Below are positions 47,177 to 56,182 of a DNA stretch of 64,000 nucleotides, piece by piece. The notes below the pieces were generated by a model. That model was not told the origin of the DNA, ran no database searches, and worked only from the letters and a program-made list of their open reading frames with translations. The translations under genes were made by a program, and so were the position numbers. The DNA is from an uncultured Bifidobacteriaceae bacterium (GTDB taxonomy: Bacteria; Verrucomicrobiota; Verrucomicrobiia; Limisphaerales; UBA11358): positions 2,885 through 66,884 of the forward strand of contig CAZUBG010000001.1 in the NCBI GenBank assembly GCA_964618545.1, in the 5' to 3' direction. The stretch's first letter is position 1. Every line of letters begins with the position of its first letter.

Positions 47177-47806
47177 ATGAGCATTAAAATATCCATCGTG
47201 GAAGACCAGCCGGACATGCGTCAAAGCCTGGTCGAGTGGCTGGATCATGCCCACGGGCTGCGTTGTGTGGGGTCACACGCCTCGGCGGAGGAGGCGTTGG
47301 AACTCATCCCTGCGGAGAATCCAGACGTGGTTTTGATGGATATCAACCTGAACGGCATGAGCGGCATCGAATGCGTGTCCCGGTTGAAGGACAAATCGCC
47401 CGCCATCCAGGTGCTGATGCTGACGACCTATGAGGACGGGGACACGATTTTCGACTCCCTGCGGGCCGGGGCCAACGGTTACCTGCTCAAAAACATGCCG
47501 CGCGAGGAGTTGGTGCAGGCGGTCGAACAGGTGCATTTGGGCGGATCGCCGATGTCGCTGCAGATTGCCCGCAAGGTGATCAATTATTTTCACCGCGACA
47601 GCAAGTCAGCTTCTGAATTGGAACATCTCACGGCGCGGGAACTGGAGATTTTACGATTGCTCGCGAAGGGCTACATGTACAAGGAGATTGCCGACCAACT
47701 GACCATCAGCATGAGCACGGTGCGGACGCATGTCAGCGCCATCTACGAGAAACTGCACGTGCAGTCCCGGACGGCGGCGGCGATGAAGCTGATCGGCCGG
47801 GAATAG
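47177..47806 (+). CDS. NarL/LuxR-family response regulator
   Basis: REC domain (ISIVEDQPDMRQ...DVVLMDINLNGMSG) plus a GerE/LuxR HTH (LTARELEILRLLAKGYMYKEIADQLTISMSTVRTHVSAIYEKL). Confidence 0.9.
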   Translation: MSIKISIVEDQPDMRQSLVEWLDHAHGLRCVGSHASAEEALELIPAENPDVVLMDINLNGMSGIECVSRLKDKSPAIQVLMLTTYEDGDTIFDSLRAGANGYLLKNMPREELVQAVEQVHLGGSPMSLQIARKVINYFHRDSKSASELEHLTARELEILRLLAKGYMYKEIADQLTISMSTVRTHVSAIYEKLHVQSRTAAAMKLIGRE

Positions 47807-47994
47807 GCAAAAGTCCGCCAAAACCTGCCGGCAAAAAAACAAATCCGGGTCGTTCCCGTTACCCAGTCAGGCCCCCGGGATCACCACCGGGCAAATTGCA
47901 CACTCCGGGCGCGTTGACTTGCAAAACGATCAGCGGTTTGGCCGGCAGGCGGTGAAAAGGGGCCGGATTTCGGACAAACCGCCGGTGAACGGGC

Positions 47995-48010
47995 TGGCAC
48001 AGAAACGGCT
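47995..48010 (+). promoter_or_regulatory. sigma54-type -24/-12 promoter upstream of the otsA-otsB fusion
   Basis: TGGCACagaaacgGCTA with canonical GG/GC spacing. The ATG is at 48028. Confidence 0.5.
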
Positions 48011-48027
48011 AAGACCACGCCAGGATT

Positions 48028-50268
48028 ATGAGGCTGGTCGTTATTTCCAACCGGTTGCCATTCACGGTGACGTTACAGGACAACTCGCCGCAGTTCAAGC
48101 CCAGCGCGGGCGGTTTGGCCACCGGCTTGTGGAGTTATCTGGATCGCAAGCCGGCCCACGGCGCGGTGCCACAGGAGCACCTTTGGATGGGCTGGCCCGG
48201 CACCGACATTCCGGCCGAGCACGAGGCGGCGGTGCGGGCGCATGCCGAACAGGAATTTAAGGCCAGCCCGGTGTTCGTCCCGGCGGAGAAGATGGACCGG
48301 TTTTATCTTGGTTTTTGCAACAAGACGCTCTGGCCGCTGTTTCATTACTTTCCTACTCTGACGCATTACGATGAGCAGTACTGGCAGGAGTACCGGCAGG
48401 TGAACCGGATTTTTGCGGAGGCGGCGGTCAAAGTTCTGAAGCCGGACGATTTGCTTTGGGTCCATGATTACCATCTGATGCTGGCGCCCAGAATGGTGCG
48501 GGAAAAATTCCCGGAACTGCTGATCGGATTTTTCCCGCACATCCCCTTTCCGTCCTGGGAAATCTTCCGGATGCTGCCGCGTCCCTGGCGCGAGGAAATC
48601 ATCGAAGGGCTCCTGGGGGCCAGTCTGGTTGGCTTCCACACGCACGATTATGTCCAGTATTTTCTGACCTCGGTGCTGCGCACGGTTGGCCATGAACATC
48701 AACTCGGGAGTCTGGCGCTGCGCGACCGCGCGGTGAAGGCGGACACGTTCCCGATGGGGGTGGAGTTTGATCGTTTTGCACAGGCGGCGGCGTCCAAGGA
48801 GACCGAACTACAGATGGAAAAGCTGCGGCAGACGTGCCTCGGGCAGAAGGTGATTTTTTCCGTGGACCGGCTGGATTACACCAAGGGACTGATCAACCGG
48901 CTGCGGGGGTACGAATTATTCTTGGAGCTTAATCCGCAGTGGCACGGCCGGGTGGTGTTCATCATTTCGGTGGCCCCGTCGCGGATCGGGGTGGACAGCT
49001 ACCAGACGATGAAGCTGGAACTGGAGCAGACGGTGGGCCGGATCGCCGGGAATTTCGGCAACGTGCATTGGACGCCGTTGATTTACCAGTACCGCAACCT
49101 GACCTTTGAGGAAATCGTGCCGCTGTACCGCCTGTGCGACGTGGCGCTCATCACACCGTTGCGCGACGGGATGAACCTGGTGGCGAAGGAATTCGTGGCG
49201 TCGCGTCCGGATCAGACCGGGGTGTTGATTCTGAGCGAGATGGCGGGGGCCGCGAAGGAAATGGGCGAGGCGCTGATCGTCAACCCGTTTCACCGTGAGG
49301 ATTTTGCAAAAATGCTGGAACAGGCGCTGACGATGCCGCGGGAGGAGCAAATCCGGCGGAACCAACTGATGCGGGAACGACTGCGCCGTTACAATGTCGT
49401 GCGCTGGGCGGAGGATTTTGTGCAGGCCCTGTGGGCCACGCAGAAGGCGGAGGCGGCCCGGCGGGCGCGAGCGCTGACAGGGGGGGCGCTGGCGACTTTT
49501 ATCCGGCAGTACCACGCGGCCGCAGAGCGGGCGTTGCTGCTGGATTATGACGGGACGCTGGTGCCATTTGCGACTGAGCCGCGACTGGCCCAGCCGGATC
49601 GGGAACTGATCGAGCTGCTCACTGCGTTGGGCTCTGATCCCGCAAATCAAGTGGCCATCGTCAGCGGCCGGCCCCGAAACACGCTGGAGGAATGGTTCGG
49701 CGGGCTGCCCATTTCCCTGATTGCCGAACACGGGGTCTGGCTGCGGAAGCAAGACTCGGACTGGCGCCTGTTGAAAAGCATGAGCGGTGACTGGAAGGAA
49801 GGGGTGCGTCCCCTGCTTCAGCTTTTCGTGGACCGGCTGCCGGGCGCGTTGCTGGAGGAGAAGGAATTTTCACTGGCATGGCACTACCGGCGCGCCGATC
49901 CGGAGCAGGCTTCGCTGCGCGCCAAGGAGCTGCTGGATGATCTGGCGGGTTACACGCGGAACATTGATGTGCAGGTCTTTAATGGCAAGAAGGTGGTGGA
50001 AGTGCGAAACTCGGGGATCAACAAAGGCAGCGCCGCGCTGGAATGGCTGGCCGGCCGGACCCCGGAGTTCGTTCTCGGCATCGGGGACGACTGGACAGAC
50101 GAGGATTTGTTCCGGGCGCTGCCGCCGACCGCCTTCACGGTGCGCGTGGGCGCGGCGGCCACGGCGGCAAATCATTATCTGGCCACGCACACCGCCGTGC
50201 GGCGGCTGCTCCGGGAATTAAGCGAAGCTCCTCGTGCAAAAGTCCATGAAGCCATCCCGGTCAAGTAA
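48028..50268 (+). CDS. otsA: bifunctional trehalose-6-phosphate synthase / phosphatase (OtsA-OtsB fusion)
   Basis: GT20 N-terminal region ([14 protein letters not shown]..., [28 protein letters not shown]) plus a HAD phosphatase C-terminus ([12 protein letters not shown]...[10 protein letters not shown]). Confidence 0.9.
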   Translation: MRLVVISNRLPFTVTLQDNSPQFKPSAGGLATGLWSYLDRKPAHGAVPQEHLWMGWPGTDIPAEHEAAVRAHAEQEFKASPVFVPAEKMDRFYLGFCNKTLWPLFHYFPTLTHYDEQYWQEYRQVNRIFAEAAVKVLKPDDLLWVHDYHLMLAPRMVREKFPELLIGFFPHIPFPSWEIFRMLPRPWREEIIEGLLGASLVGFHTHDYVQYFLTSVLRTVGHEHQLGSLALRDRAVKADTFPMGVEFDRFAQAAASKETELQMEKLRQTCLGQKVIFSVDRLDYTKGLINRLRGYELFLELNPQWHGRVVFIISVAPSRIGVDSYQTMKLELEQTVGRIAGNFGNVHWTPLIYQYRNLTFEEIVPLYRLCDVALITPLRDGMNLVAKEFVASRPDQTGVLILSEMAGAAKEMGEALIVNPFHREDFAKMLEQALTMPREEQIRRNQLMRERLRRYNVVRWAEDFVQALWATQKAEAARRARALTGGALATFIRQYHAAAERALLLDYDGTLVPFATEPRLAQPDRELIELLTALGSDPANQVAIVSGRPRNTLEEWFGGLPISLIAEHGVWLRKQDSDWRLLKSMSGDWKEGVRPLLQLFVDRLPGALLEEKEFSLAWHYRRADPEQASLRAKELLDDLAGYTRNIDVQVFNGKKVVEVRNSGINKGSAALEWLAGRTPEFVLGIGDDWTDEDLFRALPPTAFTVRVGAAATAANHYLATHTAVRRLLRELSEAPRAKVHEAIPVK

Positions 50269-53200
50269 TGGATCGGCCGCGCCCAACGGGGAACGGTTCT
50301 GGTATAAAAGCGGGGTGATTTACGAGGTGCATGTCCGGGCGTTTTACGATGCGAACGGGGATGGCACCGGGGATTTTCGCGGGCTCATCGAGAAGCTGGA
50401 CTACATTCATGACCTCGGGGTGACGGCGATCTGGCTGCTGCCGTTTTATCCGTCACCGCTGAAGGACGACGGCTATGACATCGCCGACTACTGCAACGTG
50501 CATCCGATGTACGGCACCCTGGCCGATTTCAAACAGTTTCTGGCCGGGGCGCATGAGCGAGGGCTGCGGGTCATCACGGAACTGGTGTTGAACCACACTT
50601 CGGACCAGCATCCCTGGTTCCAGCGCGCGCGCCGGGCGAAACCGGGCAGCCGCCGGCGGAATTTTTATGTCTGGAGCGATGACCCGCACCGGTTCAAGGA
50701 CGCCCCGGTGCTGTTCAACGGGGTGGAAGTTTCCAATTGGACGCTCGACCCGGTGGCGGGCACGTATTTCTGGCACCGATTTTTTTCGCATCAACCGGAT
50801 TTGAATTTTGACGAGCCCGCGGTGCGCGCGGCGATTTTAAAGGCGGTGGATTTCTGGCTCGACCTGGGGGTGGATGGGCTGCGGCTGGACGCGGTTCCGT
50901 ATCTTTATGAGCGCGAGGGCACTCCCTGCGAAAACCTGCCGGAGACCCACGCTTTTCTGAAAACGCTGCGGGCCCATGTGGATGAAAAATACGGAAACCG
51001 GATGCTGCTGGCGGAGGCGAACTTGTGGCCGGAGGACGCGGTTTCGTACTTTGGCCGGGGCGCGGGGGATGAGTGTCACATGGCGTTTCACTTTCCACTG
51101 ATGCCCCGATTGTTCATGGCGCTGCGCATGGAGGACCGGCTGCCCATCGTGGAAATTCTGGAGCAGACGCCGGCGATCCCGGAGACCAGCCAGTGGGCGC
51201 TGTTCCTGCGCAATCATGACGAGCTGACGCTGGGCACGGTTTCGGACGAGGAGCGCGACTACATGTACCGGATGTATGCGCGGGTGCATCAGGCGCGCCT
51301 GTATCTGGGCATCCGCCGCCGGCTGGCCCCGCTGTTGAACAATGATCGCAAAAGCATTGAACTGCTCAACGCGCTGCTGTTTTCCCTGCCCGGCACGCCG
51401 GTGCTGTATTATGGGGATGAAATCGGGCTGGGGGACAACATCTACCTGGGCGACCGGGACGGGGTGCGCACGCCAATGCAATGGAGCGCGGATAAGAATG
51501 CGGGTTTTTCCCGGGCGAACCCGCAGAGCCTTTACCTGCCGATCATCCTCGAACCAGCCTACCATTACGAGGCGAACAACGTGGAAGTGCAACTGGACAA
51601 CCCGCACTCGCTGTTGTGGTGGATGCGCCGGCTGCTGGCGCTGCGCAAGCGCTGGCGCGCGCTGGGGGAAGGGAAGTGCGAATTTCTGCAACCGGGCAAC
51701 GACAAGATCATCAGCTACATTCTGCGCCACGAACAGGAGGTCATTCTGGTGGTGGCCAATCTTTCCCGCTTCGCCCAACCGGTGGAACTGGAGCTGGCGG
51801 CGTTCCGACACCTGACCCCCACCGAACTGTTTGGCCGGATGAAATTCCCGGTGATCACGGAGGCGCCGTATTCCCTGACGCTGGGGCCGCACAATTTTTT
51901 CTGGTTTTCGTTGGAAGCCAAACCTTCGTCCCCACCGACGATGGCCGCGCCGACGGGGGCGGAGCCGCCGCCCGAGCTGACCGTCAATGAGGAATGGAGG
52001 GAGATCTTCACCGGCTCCGCCCGGTTAAAACTGGAGCTAATCCTGCCCGACCGCCTGAAAGCGCAGCCGTGGTTTTCCGGCGGAGCCAGGACCATCAAGC
52101 TGGTCACGATCAAAGAAGCCTTCAGTGTGGCCCTGCCGGAGTCTCAAACGGCGGTGCTGGCCTTTCTTCAGGTCGAATATGTGGAGACCAATCCGGAGTT
52201 GTATGTGCTGCCCATGGCTTTTGCACCCGGACAAGGTACGCAGCGATTGCAGTCCGGGGGCATTGCCCGGCTGACGCGGCCGGATGGCAGCCCGTTCGGG
52301 ATGCTGGGGGACGCCTTTGCCGTCCCGGCGTTTGCCCGGGCGCTGCTCGGACAGGTCCGGAACCGTGGGCGTTTGCGCAACGCGCATGGAGAAATCGAGG
52401 CCACCCGCACGACGGCGCTGCGACAGACCATCGAGGGCGAGAATCCGCCCGATCCGGTCGTCCACCAGACCTCCGAGGGCAACGTCACGCTGCTTTTTGG
52501 CGATCAAATGGTCGTGAAGTTTTTCCGACGCATCAGTCCCGGGGTGAATCCAGAACTGGAAATTGGAAATCTGCTCACCGGAAAACATTTCCCGAACAGC
52601 CCGCCGCTGCTGGGGGCGCTGGAATACCACGGAGCAGACCAGAGTCCCATGACGCTCGCGGTGGCCCGGGCTTTTGTCCCGCACGCCCGGAATGGCTGGG
52701 AATTCACGTTGGAGGCCATTGGACGGTATTACGAGGGCGTGGTCGCCGAGGTGGCCCAAGGGCATGGCCCCCCCGCCGACCCCGCTGAAGACTCCGAATT
52801 GATCGGAACTTATCTGGAATCGGCACGGCTGCTGGGGGTGAGGACGGCCGAACTCCACCTGGCCCTGGCGTCCGGCCCGCCGGGGGGCGAGTTTTCCATC
52901 GAACCCATGACGCTGCAATACCTCCGGGGACTGTTTCAATCCATGCGCTCACTGGCGCTGAAGAACCTGCGCCGGTTGCGGAAACAAATAAAAACCCTGC
53001 CGGCGGACCTGGCACCGGTCGCCCAGCGGGTGCTGGAACTGGAACCAGTCATCCTGCGGTACTATCACGAATTGGTGGGACAACGCCTCAGCGCGGGCCG
53101 CATCCGTATCCACGGTGACTTTCATCTTGGCCAGGTGCTGTGGACGGGCCGGGATTTCATGTTTCTGGACTTTGAAGGCGACGTGAAGCTGCCCATCAGC

Positions 53201-53632
53201 GAACGCCGCATCAAACGATCGCCGCTGCGTGATGTGGCGCGCATGCTGCGTTCGTTTCATCACGCCACCTATGCCGGGTTCCATCAGCAGGCGGAATGCG
53301 GGGTGATTTCCCGGGAGAACCCGCCGCATTTCGAGCCGTGGGTACGGCATTGGAACCGGGCGGTGAGCCGCGCTTATGTTCAGTCCTACTGCCAGAGTCT
53401 GGCCCCCTCGGGGATCCTCCCGGGTGAGGAGGACAAGCTCCACCTGATCCTGGTGGACTATCTGCTCAATCAGGTGCTCGGGGAACTGGGCGAGGAATTG
53501 CAGCGCCGCTCCGACCAAGTGCGCGCCCCGTTGCAGGCCATCATCCACCTCACCGATGAGCAGATGCTGCGGCACATCACCGGCACCCATGGCGGAAAAC
53601 CCGCCGGACCGCCTAAACCATCAACCGGTTAG
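50234..53632 (+). CDS. treS: trehalose synthase (maltose alpha-D-glucosyltransferase) fused to maltokinase
   Basis: GH13 TreS motifs (WYKSGVIYEVHVRAFYDANGDGTGDF, GLRLDAVPYL, FLRNHDELTL), then a C-terminal ~450-aa kinase-like region (RIHGDFHLGQVLW, FLDFEGD). The start may be the ATG at 50246. Confidence 0.9.
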   Translation: MQKSMKPSRSSNGSAAPNGERFWYKSGVIYEVHVRAFYDANGDGTGDFRGLIEKLDYIHDLGVTAIWLLPFYPSPLKDDGYDIADYCNVHPMYGTLADFKQFLAGAHERGLRVITELVLNHTSDQHPWFQRARRAKPGSRRRNFYVWSDDPHRFKDAPVLFNGVEVSNWTLDPVAGTYFWHRFFSHQPDLNFDEPAVRAAILKAVDFWLDLGVDGLRLDAVPYLYEREGTPCENLPETHAFLKTLRAHVDEKYGNRMLLAEANLWPEDAVSYFGRGAGDECHMAFHFPLMPRLFMALRMEDRLPIVEILEQTPAIPETSQWALFLRNHDELTLGTVSDEERDYMYRMYARVHQARLYLGIRRRLAPLLNNDRKSIELLNALLFSLPGTPVLYYGDEIGLGDNIYLGDRDGVRTPMQWSADKNAGFSRANPQSLYLPIILEPAYHYEANNVEVQLDNPHSLLWWMRRLLALRKRWRALGEGKCEFLQPGNDKIISYILRHEQEVILVVANLSRFAQPVELELAAFRHLTPTELFGRMKFPVITEAPYSLTLGPHNFFWFSLEAKPSSPPTMAAPTGAEPPPELTVNEEWREIFTGSARLKLELILPDRLKAQPWFSGGARTIKLVTIKEAFSVALPESQTAVLAFLQVEYVETNPELYVLPMAFAPGQGTQRLQSGGIARLTRPDGSPFGMLGDAFAVPAFARALLGQVRNRGRLRNAHGEIEATRTTALRQTIEGENPPDPVVHQTSEGNVTLLFGDQMVVKFFRRISPGVNPELEIGNLLTGKHFPNSPPLLGALEYHGADQSPMTLAVARAFVPHARNGWEFTLEAIGRYYEGVVAEVAQGHGPPADPAEDSELIGTYLESARLLGVRTAELHLALASGPPGGEFSIEPMTLQYLRGLFQSMRSLALKNLRRLRKQIKTLPADLAPVAQRVLELEPVILRYYHELVGQRLSAGRIRIHGDFHLGQVLWTGRDFMFLDFEGDVKLPISERRIKRSPLRDVARMLRSFHHATYAGFHQQAECGVISRENPPHFEPWVRHWNRAVSRAYVQSYCQSLAPSGILPGEEDKLHLILVDYLLNQVLGELGEELQRRSDQVRAPLQAIIHLTDEQMLRHITGTHGGKPAGPPKPSTG

Positions 53633-53748
53633 TGCAGGATGCAACCCATCCCGATCGCATCTTGCGGATTGCAGGCTGAGCCGCCGGCAACGCCCGCCTC
53701 CGCCCGCCGAATGTCCCGGTTTCACCGGTCGGACGCGACTGAGGCCAT

Positions 53749-53764
53749 TGGCACGAAGCGAGCT
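53749..53764 (+). promoter_or_regulatory. sigma54-type -24/-12 promoter upstream of the small membrane protein gene
   Basis: TGGCACgaagcgaGCTA. The ATG is at 53848. Confidence 0.5.
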
Positions 53765-53847
53765 AGGTTAATACACCCTATGCCAAATCACCGATTGAAC
53801 AGTCTGGCTGGCCAGCTTGGACTAACCATCACAACGGGGAACCAACT

Positions 53848-53994
53848 ATGCTCTACACCCTCGCCTTAATCCTGATCATTGCCTGGCTGCTGGGATTTGT
53901 TTCATCCTACACCCTGGGCGGCTTCATCCACATACTGTTGGTCATCGCCCTCATTTTGGTCCTTGTGCGGCTGATTCAGGGCCATAGACTATGA
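53848..53994 (+). CDS. lmo0937-family small membrane protein (not in the ORF track, 48 aa)
   Basis: My own translation is MLYTLALILIIAWLLGFVSSYTLGGFIHILLVIALILVLVRLIQGHRL*. It matches the family pattern WLLGF...YTLGG.IH.LLVIA......RLIQG.R. Confidence 0.75.
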   Translation: MLYTLALILIIAWLLGFVSSYTLGGFIHILLVIALILVLVRLIQGHRL

Positions 53995-54116
53995 GAAACT
54001 GAGAAAAATTGAATTCACTCAGCGTGGTCGGTTTTTAGGGTTGTGAAATTGTAACGGCGGCCTTTCGGCATTCAGGCCACCGCTCAATATTGGACAATGC
54101 CAGGATGATCTCAGTC

Positions 54117-54680
54117 CTAATCGTTAATTCCCCAGCCATACAGGCTGGAATCCCGGGGAACCACATCATTCCACGCGGCAAAGTCATCCCGGTTTTGAGA
54201 CAGGTGGGGCGGGTTGACCGTGGCTGAGCGCGGTTCAGCGGGCGGTTCAGAGCGCGGTGGTTGTTCGCCTTGGTTGCAGAAGAAGGCCAGGCCGGATGTC
54301 TCCGCCAGCTTCCGCAGATAATGAGCCAGGCGCGGCACCTCGTGGTCGGAGCGCGGTTCCCAATTTAACAGCGCCACGATGGCAGCCTCGCGATCCTGCC
54401 GCTGGGACAGAACGCCTTCAATCCAGCTTTTTACGTATTCTGGCAACTCCCCGGCACCGTCGGTGGAGATCATAATCATATTGGCCTCGCGGATGCGGGA
54501 AGTCGCCTGTTCGCGGACCTCGGGGTGCTTCAACACCTCAAATTTCCACATCGCGGTGTCCAATTTGTCGCACTCTTCCTGCATCTGTCCGGCCAGTCGT
54601 TCCAAGACGGAGGTGCCACGCACGGCGGAAACGGGGTCATCATGAAGCAGGACAATTTTAAAATCAGCATCGGGGTTCAT
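54117..54680 (-). CDS. hypothetical protein
   Basis: The internal ATG at 54678-54680 (MNPDADFKIVLLHDDPV...) is preferred. The track ORF's upstream 112 aa are Gly/Arg-rich and non-coding-like. Confidence 0.5.
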   Translation of the reverse strand: MNPDADFKIVLLHDDPVSAVRGTSVLERLAGQMQEECDKLDTAMWKFEVLKHPEVREQATSRIREANMIMISTDGAGELPEYVKSWIEGVLSQRQDREAAIVALLNWEPRSDHEVPRLAHYLRKLAETSGLAFFCNQGEQPPRSEPPAEPRSATVNPPHLSQNRDDFAAWNDVVPRDSSLYGWGIND

Positions 54681-55125
54681 AACACTGTTCAGAAAAGGGG
54701 GTTCGGAATGTCTAAAATGACGGTTGGCGGCACCGGATGATTTTTCCCCATCCATGGGCTCATCCCGTGCCAACTTGAAAATCACATTGTTTCGCGGTCT
54801 CGCCCGCGAAATGCATTGCCCTGTGCAAATCCCGGCCCGGCCACTGCCGGTCTGCCGTCCGGCCCAATGGGCCGTGATTGCTGCGCCCAGTCTGGCGGCT
54901 CCGATCTGTCCGCCGCCAAAGCCTGCGGCCTGAGGGCCGCCACCATCCATGCCAGTGTATCCACGCAACATCCATTCGTCCCGGCGTCCCTGCCATTCCG
55001 TCCGGCCACTGAGCATCGAACAACCAAGGGTCTTCTGAAGTCAAAAGAGCTTTCCCAAGTTCTATCTTCATGATAACTCGCCAGTTTTAGTAGTCAATAT
55101 TATTTGGCTTATTATTCAGATAATT

Positions 55126-55653
55126 TTATTTTGGTGTCGAACCCGGATCACGGCGCCGCCGGTCCGACGGGGCGATTGGATTTTCAGCCTGGACGGACTC
55201 CGCTTGCCGGGGCGTGGGATGCACGCGGAACGTCTTCGGCTCCTCCGCGAGATGTTCAAGGACTCTTAAGGCCAGTTCCTCATGGTCGGTGCGGACCGCC
55301 AAATCCCGCAGGGAAATGATGCCCACCAAATGTTCATGCCGATCCAAAACCGGCAGCCGGCGAACATGATGCGATTCCATCATGCTGGCGGCCTCCTCCT
55401 GCTCCTGATCCGCAAAGCAGTACAGGATCAGCCGGCTCATCACCCGGCGAACCACCGTCTTGTCCGGATCCAGCCCGTTGGCGACCGCCCGAATGGCAAT
55501 ATCCCGGTCGGTCAGCACACCCACCAACCGGTTTTCCTTTAAGACGGGCAAAATCCCCACGTTCCGCGCCTTCATCTGTCTGGCCGCCTGCTGCAGCGTC
55601 TCCTCCGGACCGATCCATTGCGGATCAGGGGTCATGATCTCAATGTTTTTCAT
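55126..55653 (-). CDS. CBS-domain pair protein
   Basis: Two CBS repeats (IMTPDPQWIGPEETLQQAARQMKARNVGILPV...GVLTDRDI and ...AASMMESHHVRRLPVLDRHEHLVGIISLRDL). Confidence 0.85.
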   Translation of the reverse strand: MKNIEIMTPDPQWIGPEETLQQAARQMKARNVGILPVLKENRLVGVLTDRDIAIRAVANGLDPDKTVVRRVMSRLILYCFADQEQEEAASMMESHHVRRLPVLDRHEHLVGIISLRDLAVRTDHEELALRVLEHLAEEPKTFRVHPTPRQAESVQAENPIAPSDRRRRDPGSTPK

Positions 55654-55832
55654 GGTGTTTTCACATGATGAATCTTGGTCCGGACCTGCCCGGTTCGTCG
55701 CTGAATGCGCCCGATCAATTCATCCTCCTTGCCCTTTATAAACTGCCGGTCGTCGTGGGTGAACCGGGCCAACTGCTGTTCCAAGCGGCCTTTGGCAATG
55801 TACCAGATTCCTTTGGCTTGGAGCATGTTCAT
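55650..55832 (-). CDS. CsbD-like general stress protein
   Basis: 60 aa starting MNMLQAKGIWYIAKGRLEQQLARFTHDDRQFIKGKEDELIGRIQRRTG, which fits the CsbD pattern. The stop overlaps the CBS gene ATG (ATGA). Confidence 0.65.
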   Translation of the reverse strand: MNMLQAKGIWYIAKGRLEQQLARFTHDDRQFIKGKEDELIGRIQRRTGQVRTKIHHVKTP

Positions 55833-56099
55833 ACGTTTGTCAGCAACCCTGGTCAACTGGCCCATCGGCGTGCGGATCCGGGTGATGCCAGTTCCTTTTA
55901 GCAAAGACCGCGCCAACCCGGACCGGCCCCTGATTCCAATCGAAATCACCGCAAACTGACTCCACGGGGTCCGATGCAAACTGCAATCTGCAACCGCGCG
56001 GGGGAGCATATTTTGCAATCTGCAACCCGCCCGGTCCGCCCGATTTGACACGCCATCAAGCCATGCTTATTGTGACCATGAGACGGATTATTGCCCGGC

Positions 56100-56128
56100 T
56101 GGACAAACCGGATGAAGAGCGCTATAAT
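56100..56128 (+). promoter_or_regulatory. sigma70-type promoter of the CHASE3 kinase operon
   Basis: TGGACA (56100-56105), a 17-nt spacer, TATAAT (56123-56128), 54 nt before the ATG at 56183. Confidence 0.45.
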
Positions 56129-56182
56129 CAGGTGCATCCGCCATCCGGGGACGGGGATGGCTTCAGGGCAGGCGGGTGGACG

